This document shows, one piece after another, positions 13,671 through 27,290 of a DNA stretch of 64,000 nucleotides. Each line of letters starts with the position of its first letter. Within the stretch, counting starts at the first letter, position 1. The DNA is from Octopus sinensis (Eukaryota): positions 13,392,001-13,456,000 of the forward strand of contig NC_043001.1 of NCBI RefSeq assembly GCF_006345805.1, given 5' to 3'. The notes under the pieces are model-generated. The model ran no database searches. It had not been told where the DNA came from and was given only the letters and a program-made list of their open reading frames with translations. The translations under genes and the position numbers were made by a program.

Positions 13671-13832
13671 TAATAATAATAATGATAATAATAATAATAA
13701 TGATCATAATAATAATAATAAATAATAAATAATAATAATAATAATAATACTAATAACAATAACAACAACAACAACAACAACAACAAGAAAAACAACAACA
13801 ACAACAACTACAACAACAACAACAACAACAAC

Positions 13833-13883
<51 letters not shown>
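13671..13883. repeat. compound (AAT)n-(AAC)n-(AAT)n microsatellite
   Basis: direct reading. Confidence 0.95.
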
Positions 13884-13885
<2 letters not shown>

Positions 13886-15670
13886 AGAATGAAATATACA
13901 AAGTAAGTATAATATACTGTATGATATGAACATTGCATTGACAAATGTAATAAACACATGATTAAAAACATATTTAGTATATCTTTATTATTCGAGTCAG
14001 TATCAGATCCAACTGCGTGAAAACTGCTATTTAGTTGCAGACTAAGAAAAAAAAATCAATTACTTTACATAAATATATATCAAGTAAACATATTCTATCA
14101 ATTTAATCTCACGTTTTCTTTTGAAGAATATATTTCTTAATGTCTGTGTGAAAAATTAAGGAAATATTTTCTATGAAGTGTCATTAGCAGCCATATATAT
14201 ATTGAAGAAAACATGATATTTACTTGCAATTTTTTTTCTTACTTTTATTGATATTTTTATTAATGTCTTAATCTACATCCTATCTACTTTGACATCGGAA
14301 TCTTCAATATTCTCTGTTCTTTATTTTGCGTGTAAGTCTCAGACTAATTTTACGTTCCTCGATTGCTTCATTTTTGATGTTATCTATCACACAAGATATT
14401 TAGAAATGTTTAACATTTTTTCAGGCTATAATGTTATATCACGTGCAGAAACACATTTTAAATACGTATTTATATAGGTGGTTAAATAACTATTTTATAT
14501 TCAAAGTTATTTGAGTAAAACTATCAAACAAGCATGTACGTATGAATGCTAGTTAATAATTTACGTATTTTTTTTAATATTTGCATGTATACTTGAAAAT
14601 ATACTTGCAGTATTTAATTAAGTATGAACATGTAGCAGCCATACAAAGTCGACAGAAACTTTGTGTTTTGCGTCGAAGCACGTAATGCTGATAATTTCGT
14701 GTCTTCCCTAAATGAAAACTCAAAAATCTGTAATTTTAAAGGATATTCAAGATTAAGGGTAATCCATTGAATGGAAATTTACATATTCTAAGAAATATTC
14801 GTCAGCAGAATAAGATTTGTATCGCCTCAAGAAAGATTTTGTAATACTTAATCCGACTGAAAATTACAATTGTGGAAATAATGAAATATTGCACAGTAAA
14901 TTTTCGAAAATGTGTAAAAATCGTTCTAGAGAAATAATTAAAATCAATTTTAATTAAATATAGTTAAGAAAATACGGAGATACGCCGAATTCGGCGCACA
15001 CAAGCATATATCGTTTGAGGTTTCAACATAAAACTAGAATAATCTGGGAGATCTGATTACATACTTGAAAGTAATATGACCTGGAGAAACTTAATGCCCA
15101 AGAAGATAAGTTATTAAAGTTCTGTGAAAGAAAGGATCTTGCAGCAAACAAATAATACGGAATCAAAAGACGATACGATATTGAGGGATATTGGAGAGCA
15201 GGAATGTGTCGAACATGTACACAATATTTGTATGTAGTTATTGAGGTAGTTTGAAATCATCTAATGAATTGTCCAAATTTTGCACTCACATCAAAAAGCG
15301 AAACACAATTAAAAAGGTAACCGAAAATGTATAACGTAGTTGGGATATACTTCTGTAGATTTATCAGAACAGTTTCTGATCAATATGTTTTAAGCATTTT
15401 CTTTAATCTTGAGATTATGCACCATATTGCTATGTATTTTAACAGCATCCATTTAATTTACAACTACAAATTTCTTGGATAACTCGGGTAAGTCCAGGTT
15501 TACCAACTTATTTTCTATGTGACACATTAACATACAGAAATGTATCTAGAAGGTGTTATTGGATCTTTGCCCCAAATCTAAATCAAGTTTAGAGATAAAC
15601 TGCCTATGTTGCAAAGGAAATCGTAAATATAACAAAAGACACCGTCGACTCGAAATATGCCATTGACCCA

Positions 15671-16132
15671 CGTGGATAGGAAAGCCTTCTTTTTTCTGTC
15701 ATGGGCTTAAATGCCCAGTTTTTAGACTATTTTCGTCAGTCATTGCCCGGTGATCACCATAAGTATTAGGCTTATATAAATAACATTATTATTCTTTACA
15801 GGATTGTAAAACACGGCACCGTATATTAGATCGATTCGCATCGAATGGATATAGAAAGTTTGTTTACTAAAAAAAATACAAACTAGTATTGTTCTTAAAA
15901 TAGACAGGAACAAGGAAGCTGATTCGCTGGCGTAAAGATAACACAGTCGAATGAACAAAGGGATGCGAGTTCGAGTCCGACGCGGATAGGAAAGCCTCTG
16001 TTTTCTGTCGTTGGCTTATATGCCCATTTATCAGACTATTTTCCTTGGCCATTGCACGGTGATCAACGTAAGCTTTAGGCTTATATAAATACCATTATTA
16101 TTATTTACATGATTTTAAGACACGGCACCGTG
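15671..16132 (+). mobile_element. diverged direct repeat pair (~165 bp); second copy has a tRNA-like head (possible further SINE family)
   Basis: GCGGATAGGAAAGCC...CACGGCACCGT at ~15671-15835 and ~15981-16132; box B GTTCGAGTC at 15969-15977. Confidence 0.55.
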
Positions 16133-17478
16133 TATGAAAACCGTTGGCACCGAAAGATATATGTGTGTGTATGTATGTATGTTTGTATGTGTGTGTGTAT
16201 GTATGTACGTGTATATGTATAAAGTTTATATACAATAACTTCAAGTTAACTTTGTGCCAATTCTAACATAACATATTTTGCCCTACCAGTAGATAGCTTG
16301 TGAATGTCACCCGTGATACTAATGTGAAATGTTCTTTTCGATTTCATGCATGTTGTGTCCTGCATCTCCATCATTAACATCATTAAGCCACAGATCCATC
16401 AGTTTACCTTTTACTTTACTTTCATCATGTAAAAGCCACTGACATCTTTACTGCTACACTATTAGATATTCAGAAAAGCCTGTATATTGAAAGTGTTGAA
16501 GATGCGTCCACATTTTAAACAATGCATTTCGTATCATCTGTGCTAATTATACATAATACGTAGCCACCAAAGAGCAATGGGATGCCAAAATCTGGTTAGA
16601 GAGTCGGTTTAAATGACTTTTTACATTTCCAAATTCAGTTTGTGCTTTCGGATTTCCTGCTTTGGTAAGTGGATAAAACTAAGTATCATATAACAACGTG
16701 GGTCAGCAGTTTCTGTTAACCCTTTCTCCACAAAGTTCCTGGCTTTTGCCTACGTTGGAAAACTTTATTTCAGAAACTGTATATGTGGATGTATGCATGT
16801 AAATCTGTGTGGAAAATGGTGTGTAATACATATTTCTTGTATCCAACACTCCATCGTTATTTGCTTGTATTAAAATCCTGAACGGATTCTAATATTACTT
16901 ATGATTCACAAAAGATATCCTATCATTCAAATAAGTACCTTTGAGGCTAAACATGAATTGCTATATAGCTGTGAGGTTGTATCACGTTAATTATTAAATT
17001 CAGTCGATATAATATATACTCTTTAGCATTTGTCGTCTACAGGAATGATGTCTTGGGACGCTTTCTGCAATTCCCGGCGTTCTAAACTGCATATTAAAAT
17101 AAAGTTAGATGTGCTAATTAACATTCGTTACAATGACTGCTTCTGTCGATAATACAAAATTCGTACAAAGATTCTTTTCATGCGCAATGTATGTAGATAT
17201 CAAAGTAAATCTTGAGAATTATTATGAGAAATGGAGACGTGTATCATAAATATTAGATTCTAAGTTTTCATTTTTCTTTGATGACACTGCTGTTATAAAA
17301 TACACTTGGAGATTCACAAATGCATGGATATTTCAGGAATCTATCTTATAAAAAATAATTTAGAAATAAATGTATGCAATATCTACCGAGGGTCATCAAC
17401 CACTCTCTAGCAATGTTTAAAAGAATATTCGTAAAGGCAAATAGGTACAGAGAACAATGCCACTTGTGCAGTAATATC

Positions 17479-17479
<1 letters not shown>

Positions 17480-17568
<89 letters not shown>

Positions 17569-17580
17569 TATACATATATA
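17480..17580. repeat. (TA)n microsatellite
   Basis: direct reading. Confidence 0.95.
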
Positions 17581-18825
17581 AAAGGTAATTATGTATGAAA
17601 TGAACATGATTTTTTTAAAACAAAAATAGATAATTTTGTTGACATTAAAGGCTCTGTCCCAAAGAAAATTTGTCAGCCTTTTTTGGGGAAGAGATGGACT
17701 GCTACCGTATCATGCTTCACACAGTCGGATATAATAATAACACTAATGTTAGTCATATCACTGTTTTGTTTATAATTTCAGACAAACAGATGGATAGTGG
17801 CTTGGGTATTGTTCGCATGACATCTTGCAAGATGAATGAATAATTATCTGAGAAATCTGCTATGACTACGATGTCTCCTTCACTTAAAGATTCTTTTCTT
17901 GAAGTACAGAATTTAAATTGTTCTTTGCAGTGAAATTATGTACTTTAAGTGCTTTTGACAGAAAATTTCAATAAAATCATATGCTCATTTTGGTATATTT
18001 TCTAGGTTTGTTCTGTCTGTTGTTAGCCATTGCTTATACCGTGCTTCATCAATCATATACAGATTAACTATTTCATATAAGAAGTTTTCAAGGTCTTTCA
18101 GCAAAGAATTACGATATGAACAGTTGTCCATATATCAGTCGTTTCTTGTTGGGTTGCACGTAATTGATTCCAAACCTTGTTCATAATCAATCAAGTGATG
18201 CTTCATATCCTTAGTTAAATCAGATAGTTTCATGCCAGAAATCATTAATTTGACATTCTGATGAATGGTGCGATACACACACATTATATGTACCAGCATT
18301 CCTTTGACCTTAGCTGTACAAATTTTGAGCTCGGGGTCTTTTGATTTAAACAGCTGGAAGGCTTCCTTTAACTTAAAAGCTATGGGGTACTTTTGCTCTG
18401 TAAATGTGTTAGTTGTTAGTGTTGTCGTTATTATTATTGTTTACAGCGCTGTTCATCTTCGGTCACACTGCCTTATTGCAATATTCCATTCGTGGTAGGC
18501 CAGAGTTAACACCTACGAATTTCAATATAGCTTCTCATAAACGTATTTGGTAAAATCATGTTTTTGTACGTATCAAGGAAGAATTTACTGTCACACGAAA
18601 GCTTGGCACATCTCATGATTTCTTCTCATTTCCCGTTCAGAGGTGTCAAATACGTGTGACTATTCTATCATAAATGCTATCACTTGGCCGTCGAGTTGAG
18701 GAATATTAAACAGCTACCTCATAATATAGATGGCACTAAATTTCCTTTTTGATCGATAACGTCTTGAGCAATTATAAACATAAAAATCTCAGTGTCATTG
18801 AAGAGATAATAATAGTGCTCAAAAT

Positions 18826-18835
18826 AATAATAATA

Positions 18836-18926
<91 letters not shown>

Positions 18927-18980
18927 TAATAATAACAATAACAATAATAATAATAATAATAATAATAATGATGATAATAA

Positions 18981-19033
<53 letters not shown>

Positions 19034-19049
19034 GTAATAATAATAATAC
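18826..19049. repeat. (AAT)n microsatellite
   Basis: direct reading. Confidence 0.95.
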
Positions 19050-19059
19050 AAAATCATGA

Positions 19060-19524
19060 CCCCTCAATGATATGATTTTCCCGATCGACATAAATATATT
19101 TATCAAGACCTACCAAAAGTTGAGCAAATATAATGATGTTTAAATAAGAATTGGCAAAATGTGGAACCTAAAGACTAAAACAATATTTGTTGTCATAGGT
19201 ACCCTAAGAAAGATAGCAAAAGGGGCTGATTCCTACATAGCTCAGATACCAGGGAACCCCAAAATAGCAGTAATCCAAAAAGATAGTGCTTAAGGTAACT
19301 GCCCATATCCTAAGTAAAATACTGTTTGATTATCTCAAATGTTAAAACAAACTCATAGTTTTCATGCTTTTTTTTAAATGTTCTCTACAACAATACTATG
19401 TTCACAACCAAATATATGACGCCCTAGGCATAACGCCAACATGGACTTCTAACTTGTCATTTCTTCGGGTGTCTGAGTGAGACTTCGAGCCAACTTGTAC
19501 AAATACAAAGCAAGTGTCTAACAT
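19060..19524 (+). mobile_element. R4/Dong-like LINE 3' end (degenerate RLE C-terminus plus 3' UTR)
   Basis: FPIDINIFIKTYQKLSKYNDV*IRIGKMWNLKTKTIFVVIGTL..GADSYIAQIPGNPK; 3' UTR similar to 54258-54360. Confidence 0.8.
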
Positions 19525-19526
19525 TT

Positions 19527-19905
19527 AAGAAGAAGAAGAAGAAGGAGAAAAGATGATGAAAGAAGAAGAAAAGAAGAAGAAGAAGAAGAAGAAGAAGAAG
19601 ATGGGGGAGAAGAAGAAGAAGGACAAAAAGAAGAAGAAGAAGAAGAGGAAGAAAAAGATGAAGAAGAAGGAGGAGAAAAAGAAGAAGAAGAAGAAGATGA
19701 TGATGATGATGAAGAAGAATAAGAAATGAAGGAGAAGAAGAAGATGATGATGATGATGAAGAAGAAGAAGAAGAAGAAGAAGGAGAAAAAGAAGAAGAAG
19801 ATGATGATGAAGAAAAGAAGAAGAAGAGAAGAAGAAGAAGAAGAAGAAGAAGAAGAAGAAGAAGAAGAAGAAGAAGAAGAAGGGGAAGAAGAAGAAGAAG
19901 AAGAA
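19527..19905. repeat. imperfect (GAA)n polypurine tract with GAT/GGA variants
   Basis: direct reading. Confidence 0.95.
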
Positions 19906-20093
19906 ACAACAAAAGCTATAAAACAAATGAAATCCAAACTAAAACTAGAACAGCAACGGACCATGATAAAACGATGGCAAGAAAGGCCCCTTCAAGGCAA
20001 ATACTGGACTAAACTAAATGCAAAAGAAATAGACAGACAAAATCCCAGCAATGGTTGAAAAGCTCAGGACTCAAAGCAGAGACTGAAGGATTT
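19905..20093 (+). pseudogene. R4/Dong-like LINE ORF fragment (post-RT region)
   Basis: RWQERPLQGKYW...frameshift..QWLKSSGLKAETEGF, homologous to KWQEKPLYGKY..QWLMASGLKSETEGF in ORF 54561-55739. Confidence 0.8.
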
Positions 20094-20252
20094 GGACCCA
20101 ATTTGAAATCCTCTACAAAACCACCACTGTTGGACTGGCAAAATATTTTGAAACGTCTTATGACTGGATGGTAGATCTCGTTGAAAACCATGAAAGACGT
20201 AAGAAGCTTCATTCTCTTATAAAGGAGAACAAAAACATTTCAAGCTAGTTAT

Positions 20253-21230
20253 ATGCATAATACCCAGGTTGAACAGAATTATGGAAGTGCAGCAACTGTA
20301 GTTGTAAAGGAAGTGAAATCAATAGCAAAGCAAAACTCATTTGAACAATTGGCTATTAGGCGGGAAGAAAAACCACTGCATGGCAAATATGTGGCCCATA
20401 GCAAACAAGTTGATGTAGACAACAAGCACACCCATCAGTGGATACGGAGCTCAGGGCTAAAGGCAGAGAGTGAAAGCTTTATCTTGGTTGCCCAAGATCA
20501 GAGTTTATTGACCCGGAATTATTCAGCCAATGTGATGAAATATGGTGTAGACCCAAAGTACCGATACTGCAATAATGGGATAGAAACAGTGAACCACCTA
20601 ACCTATGGATATAAGGTTTTAGTACCTGTAGAGTACAAATCAAGACATGCCAGAGTTGGCCAATATCTACACTGGATAATGTTTCGGATTTATAAAATCA
20701 AAACTGCTGACTAATGGTACGAACACCACCCTGAGGGAGAAAATGCAACTATTCTTTGGGACTTCTCACTATGTACAGAGCGGAGCATGAAAGCAATTAT
20801 ACCTGATATTCTTGTGAAATATCAAAACAATAAAGTTTGTATATTAATTGACATGAGGATGTCTTGTAACCATATTATCACGGCAAAATACTTTGATAAG
20901 TTCAGAAACTATTAAGATTTGCTAATCGAAATAAAAAAAAATGTGGTATCTCAAGACGGTTAGAATACCAGTAATTGTAGGAGCAGCTGGAATAATCAAA
21001 AGAGGAACTGAAAATTATTTAAGAACGATCTCCGACTAACCATCCATGCAGGAAGTCCACAACATTGTTTTAAATGGTATGTCACACGTATTGAGAAAAA
21101 CAATGTCGCAGTGAATTTTCGTTCCTTTCCCGCCCCCTCATTTTATTTGCTTACTTTTCTCTGTTTTCTTTTTCTCATTTTTCTCTCTGTCTTCCAATTT
21201 TTCTCCATCGCATGACTTTGTAAATTAAAA
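20253..21230 (+). mobile_element. R4/Dong-like LINE 3' fragment with degenerate CCHC knuckle and RLE
   Basis: ORF 20253-20714 EKPLHGKY..QWIRSSGLKAESE..YRYCNNGIETVNH, then *WYEHHPE..ILWDF..PDI..LIDM..MWYLK. Confidence 0.85.
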
Positions 21231-21253
21231 ATCTAGTGCGTGTATTTTAATAT

Positions 21254-21485
21254 ATTTCTTTATTACCCACAAGGGGCTAAACACAGAGGGGACAAACAAG
21301 GACAGACATAGGTATTAAGTCGATTACATCGACCCTAGTGCGTAACTGGTACTTAATTTATCGACCCCGAAAGGATGAAAGGCAAAGTCGACCTCGGCGG
21401 AATTTGAACTCACAACGTAACGGCAGACGAAATACCGCTAAGCATTTCGCCCGAAGTGCTAACGTTTCTGCCAGCTCGCCAACCT
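21254..21485 (-). mobile_element. SINE family B, full length
   Basis: complete head to tail, matches 40939-41164. Confidence 0.92.
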
Positions 21486-21509
21486 ACAACTGTATAAGGC
21501 GCGCTTCTC

Positions 21510-21704
21510 TGCCTTAAGTGTCAGGAAGACACTTGGCAACAAATCGGCTTTGTCTGAATAGTTGTCCCGTGTACCACGCGTCAGGTGTTGAAGTGATCGC
21601 AGAGCAACGCGAGGCGAATAGTTTTGATCAAGAACACAACGCACCACCCGGAATTGAAATAACGAACTCGCGATTGTCAGTGCAACACTCTAACCACTCA
21701 GCTA
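21510..21704 (-). mobile_element. tRNA-derived CORE-like SINE (distinct family)
   Basis: - strand TAGCTGAGTGGTTAG (box A)...TTTCAATTCC (box B-like), then GCGTTGTGTTCTTGATCAAAAC CORE-like segment. Confidence 0.65.
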
Positions 21705-22604
21705 AAAAAAATTTTTTAATGACTGGAAAAGATGGAGGGAGAAGGTTTTCTTTATTGTGCACCGACAGTCTCTGTAGGCAATACGATTTAACTCAACGAT
21801 GAGGTTTTCTATTTGATTATGAATAGTCATGAATATGCTAATCGAAGCGACAGTTCATATTGAACAGATCTATTTCCATTTTTATTTTCCACTTGAAGTG
21901 TAAATATTTTCATTTCGAACACATAATAAATATTAAATCACTGTAATTAATCTTTAACGAAGGCTAGGAACGAAGGTTGTGGTGTGCTTCTCGCAAAATA
22001 AGGGAATGGTAGGCGAAATATGATCTTTTATATGATTGTGAACATATATATACACAGACAACATAAGTTTATACAATAATACGCTCAAACACATGGGTAT
22101 ACACCTATCCACAAACATGGGAGCATATATACACACACAAAGATATATATATATGTGTGTGTGTGTGTGTGCGTGTATATATATATATAAATATATATAT
22201 AGTTATATGTAAGCATGCATATACATGTATATATGTATATGCATATATATATGTGTGTTTGAGTGTATAAATATGTTTATGTGTGTATGTGTGTGAGTTT
22301 ATACATATAAAATGTGTGTGTGTGTGTGTGGTGTGTGTGTGTGTGCGCATATACATAGGCTCATAAACGCCAGCATGAATATGAGCCATTGCATGTTAGT
22401 GTGCAAGAAAAAATATACGTATTTCGCGGTATCTATTTGCACTGATGTGTAGAAGATGTCAGAAAGTTCTCTGTCTCTGAAAAATAATTTCAGAAATTAA
22501 TGAGCTATGAATTAATTTCATTCAGTAGCGCCTTAGTATTTGATTATCAAGAACATCATAACACACACACACACCCATACATATATGCATGTATATATAT
22601 ATAT

Positions 22605-22840
<236 letters not shown>

Positions 22841-23369
22841 ATATATATATATCGTTTAACTGAAATAGGAGCTTGGCACTAGAATTACCAGGAAGCATAA
22901 TGCCACGTTGAAGTCACTGAAGGCAATGGATGTTTTCTTGGTTTGTTACGTTATAAATCAAAGGTTGCTCGAGCAATGAATTCGATGTTGCCAAGAAAAG
23001 GGGCTAGAAAACCGCGAATAAAATTACAGTTTAATGGAAATGATGTAACACTATACGGTTAATTTCGTACGTTATGAATTAATAGTAGCGATAGATTTCA
23101 TCATCTTTTGATTCCAAAAGCAATGGTTTTGAAACCAGTATCTGCATAGTTTGGCGCATGTTTATGAATGAGAATGTGCAACACCAATCACATTATGTAA
23201 ACAGTTAATATCTTATGGATTATATGATTATTGGAGAATTATTTATGTGATATCAGATTTCAAGGATTACCCGAGATTCGTCAATACCTTTTCAAATTAT
23301 ATTCATAATTGATTTACCTCCTTCATACATTATTCCATTACTCCCTCCTACATATATTAATGTAATGAT

Positions 23370-23378
23370 GTATGTATA

Positions 23379-23423
<45 letters not shown>

Positions 23424-23547
23424 ATGTGTGTGTGTGTGTGTGGTGTGTGTGTGTGTGTATGTGTATAAAGTTACCCATAGGATAATTTAATCTCGGAATG
23501 AGATGGTTACATCCAAGGAAATATATGTGTATGTATATCTATCTATC

Positions 23548-23622
<75 letters not shown>

Positions 23623-23879
23623 TATATATATACAGAGACAGAGAGAGATGCATATATGTACGTATATATGTGTGAATGTACACAGAGTGACAGAGAGAAT
23701 GTTAATTATTATATTCTTATCTAGCTTGCATTCGTTATGGTTGATATTAATTTGGTTTGTTAATACATGCGTAAGCGGAGAAGGGATAAGGATATCATGC
23801 CAACTCGACTAGAAATGTAAGTCTACGCGGTGAAGTGCATACACACATATATTTATATGTATATGCACATATATATATA

Positions 23880-23925
<46 letters not shown>

Positions 23926-24134
23926 TACATTTATATATATACTTTATATACATATATATACATATATATATAGAAATATATATATACGTATATATGTATC
24001 ATATGTATGCTACATATATGTATGTATGCATATATGTATGCATGTATGTGTATGCGTGTATTTATAACTATTTCTCTATATCTATGCATTTATATAAATA
24101 TATATATATACATACATATATATAATATATATAA

Positions 24135-24214
<80 letters not shown>

Positions 24215-24290
24215 CAGACATAAACAACCCACATCCATATGTGTGAGTGCGTGTGTTCTTGTGTGTGTTTGTGTGTGTGTGCTTGCGTGT
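23370..24290. repeat. field of (TA)n/(TG)n microsatellites
   Basis: several adjacent dinucleotide tracts. Confidence 0.9.
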
Positions 24291-24980
24291 GTTTGAAGTA
24301 GAACAATTTGATAGTGCTAATCATGACTATGAAATTAGTGAGGATGTTGCAACTTCATTCCATCATCAGAACTTTTAATCACATACTATTAGGAGACACG
24401 ATATTTTGTAAAAGTTTTATTAATTTTGATGAATTTGCGCGTGTATAATTACGTTGATCTGAGAGTCCACATGTAAATTCTTAATTATTTCAGATACCTT
24501 ATCTTTTCTTGGATTTCAGGTAGATGAAGAGGGGAGTTTTTGTTAAATCAGGTTTGTTATTTCGCTTATTTCCCTTAGTGGTTGTTACAGATGGTGGACA
24601 ATATTTTTTAACTACAAAAGTTTCAAGCTCCTGAAGAAGTAGAATTATTAGATACTATTTCCCATATCTGTTTCGGTAAATTGAAAGGGATATTTATTTT
24701 AATCCGTTGCGTGTGCAGATGTATATAGGAGATATTGCTTGGACTGGATTTATAATAGATGTCCATTTCAGTTCAGTTATTGATTTTTTTTTATTAAAAT
24801 AGCAAATGGTACTTTCTCCATGCTGCATTCCATTGTAAATTGAATGCTCATTTTTATACCCTTGAGCAATGCTTTAAATTTATTCCAAATGATAAAGCAA
24901 TCTTCCAGATATATATTCCAGTTCTCCCTTATACAGTAATAAAATGAGTATCCTGATTAATGTAGTGCTAGTTGATGTTT

Positions 24981-25278
24981 AGTGGAGGTGCAATGGCCCA
25001 GTGGTTAGGGCAGCAGACTTGCAGTCGGTGGATTGCGGTTTCGATTCCCAGACCGAACATTGCCTGTGTTTATTGAGCGAAAACACCTAAAAGCTCCATG
25101 AGGCTTCGGCAGGGGCTGGTGGCGACCCTTGTTGTACTCTTTCGCCACAACTTTCTCTCACTCTCTCTTCCTGTTTCTTTAATAACGCTGCGATGGACTG
25201 GCGTCCCGTCCAATGCTGGGGAACACATACGCCACAGAAACCATTAGCCTGGCTAGGCTTGAAAAGGGCGAAAAAAAA
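24981..25278 (+). mobile_element. SINE family C head with alternative V-domain-like body
   Basis: head as in 2691/30022 copies; then CTGCGATGGACTGGCGTCCCGTCCA...GCCACAGAAACC at 25188-25242; A-rich end. Confidence 0.7.
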
Positions 25279-25396
25279 TTTGATATTTTAGCAAAAATGC
25301 TAGCTCTAAGATCTCTCTAAGAAATTGACGCAATAGTTGTACGAACATAGTTAATTAAAAATACCCCATTACTAGATTTGCAAGAACGGGGGGGCT

Positions 25397-25747
25397 CTCT
25401 CTTTTACTCTTTTACTTGTTTCAGTCATTTGAATGAGGCCATGCTGGAGCACTGCCTTTAATCGAGCAACTCGACCCCTAACTAACGGGGACATAAGCAC
25501 ACCAGCATCGGTTGTCAAGCAATGCTAGGGGGACAAACACAGACACACAAACACACACTCGCATATATATATATACATATATACGACGGGCTTCTTTCAG
25601 TTTCCGTCTACCAAATCCACTCACAAGGCTTTGGTCGGCCCGAGGCTATAGTAGAAGACACTTGCCCAAGGTGCCACGCAGTAGGACTGAACCCGGAACC
25701 TTGTGGTTGGTAAACAAGCTACTTACCACACAGCCACTCCTGCGCCT
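25397..25747 (-). mobile_element. SINE family A (internal deletion)
   Basis: colinear with other A copies. Confidence 0.9.
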
Positions 25748-25953
25748 GCTAGTTTTTGTTTTTGTTTTTTTCCATTGCAATTCCACATTTTTGTCGGTAG
25801 CAAATGGTATGAAACAAGAAGTAATTGTTTTGGATGCTACATTTTAAACACATGTATGTAACTTTTAATAACCTAATTATAAATTCCTTGTATCACCGTG
25901 GTAATTCTGCTAAATAATTTTCGAACCAGATTTTGACTGTTTATATACATATA

Positions 25954-26124
25954 GGCGCAGGAGTGGCTGTGTGGTAAGTAGCTTGTTTACCAACAACATG
26001 GTTCCGGGTTCAGTCCCACTGCGTGGCATCTTGGGCAAGTGTCTTCTGCTATAGCGCCGGGCCGACCAATGCCTTGTGAGTGGATTTGGTAGACGGAAAC
26101 TGAAAGAAGCCTTTCGTATATATG

Positions 26125-26184
<60 letters not shown>

Positions 26185-26393
26185 GTGTGTCTGTGTTTGT
26201 CCCCCTAGCATTGCTTGACAACCGATGCTGGTGTGTTTACGTCCCAGTCACTTAGCGGTTCGGCAAAAAAGAGACCGATAGAATAAGTACTGGGCTTACA
26301 AGGAATAAGTCCCGGGGTCGATTTGCTCGACTAAAGGCGGTGCTCCTGCATGGCCGCAGTCAAATGACTGAAACAAGTAAAAGATTAAAGAGT
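25954..26393 (+). mobile_element. SINE family A, full length
   Basis: GGCGCAGGAGTGGCTGTGTGG head to GAAACAAGTAAAAGA tail. Confidence 0.92.
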
Positions 26394-27054
26394 AATATAT
26401 ACATATATATAGATAAATACATAGATACATGTGTACGTACATACACACACATACATATTTACATACACACATGCGCACTCACATTCATACGTAGTATGTA
26501 CGTATGTATACATGTGTGTGTATCTGTGTCTCTGTCGAGATATGTGTGTGTGTGTATATATATGCATATATTCTTTTACTCTTTCCCTATTTCCACCGCG
26601 AGATCTATGACCATATATGGGCATTGCTGTTAGTTTTGCAGCACTTTCGTTATTCGAAGATCTCCTCTGATGCGTGGAATTTGATGAGAGAGGGCGTTTG
26701 AAGTTGCTACCCTCAGTTGCATCTGCCGCGGGGACGGTAAATCCGGAACACTTGACAGAAGGAGATTCAGTTTTCATTTGAATACACAAGTATCCACCCT
26801 GTATAGTTCTCATGATTTTATGGCAGTCATTGACATTCTGTAGGCCCTTGAAACCCAACATATGGCGGTGAAATATATAATTTCCCATTCTTACTTTGGA
26901 ATAACATATAATTCAGTCATACGCTGGTGTCAGTTACTAAACATAATATAATATTGACATTACAGTTTCAATCTCATTCTGAGATTTAATAATGCTTACT
27001 GTCAGTTTTTCGAAATCAGTGGCAGACGTCACTAGAAAAACTCTTATATATTTG

Positions 27055-27290
27055 CAAGGCGGCCTTCTCTTCCATCGCGACCTAGTGGTTACCGCCCGTT
27101 GACAAGGGACAACAATCCCGAAACTAGTCCGAGCGTATCACTCAGGCTTGCGAGGAAGGGATGGCCTCCCTTTGCAACTACTTCAAGAGCACTGAAATGG
27201 TGTCTAAAGCCAGCTGGAGACGACGATCTCCTGGGGCTATAAAGCTACAGTAACACCCCCTCCCTTATGTGGTTAACCATGTTAAGATGG
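27055..27290 (+). mobile_element. GC-rich structured element with decayed minimal type I hammerhead
   Basis: gcccg-TTGACAA-GGGA-caacaa-TCCC-GAAA-CTAG-TC-cgagc at 27094-27134; boundaries approximate. Confidence 0.5.

Noticed and set aside
14983-14996. 14-bp palindrome CGCCGAATTCGGCG
   Set aside because: Isolated, no CTRR or other context; compatible with chance or relic
21400-21485. tRNA genes at SINE heads
   Set aside because: Box A/B present but no complete cloverleaf, and they continue into SINE bodies
26385-26888. 167-aa ORF as host gene
   Set aside because: No recognisable domain; C-terminal third is microsatellite; no supported splice structure
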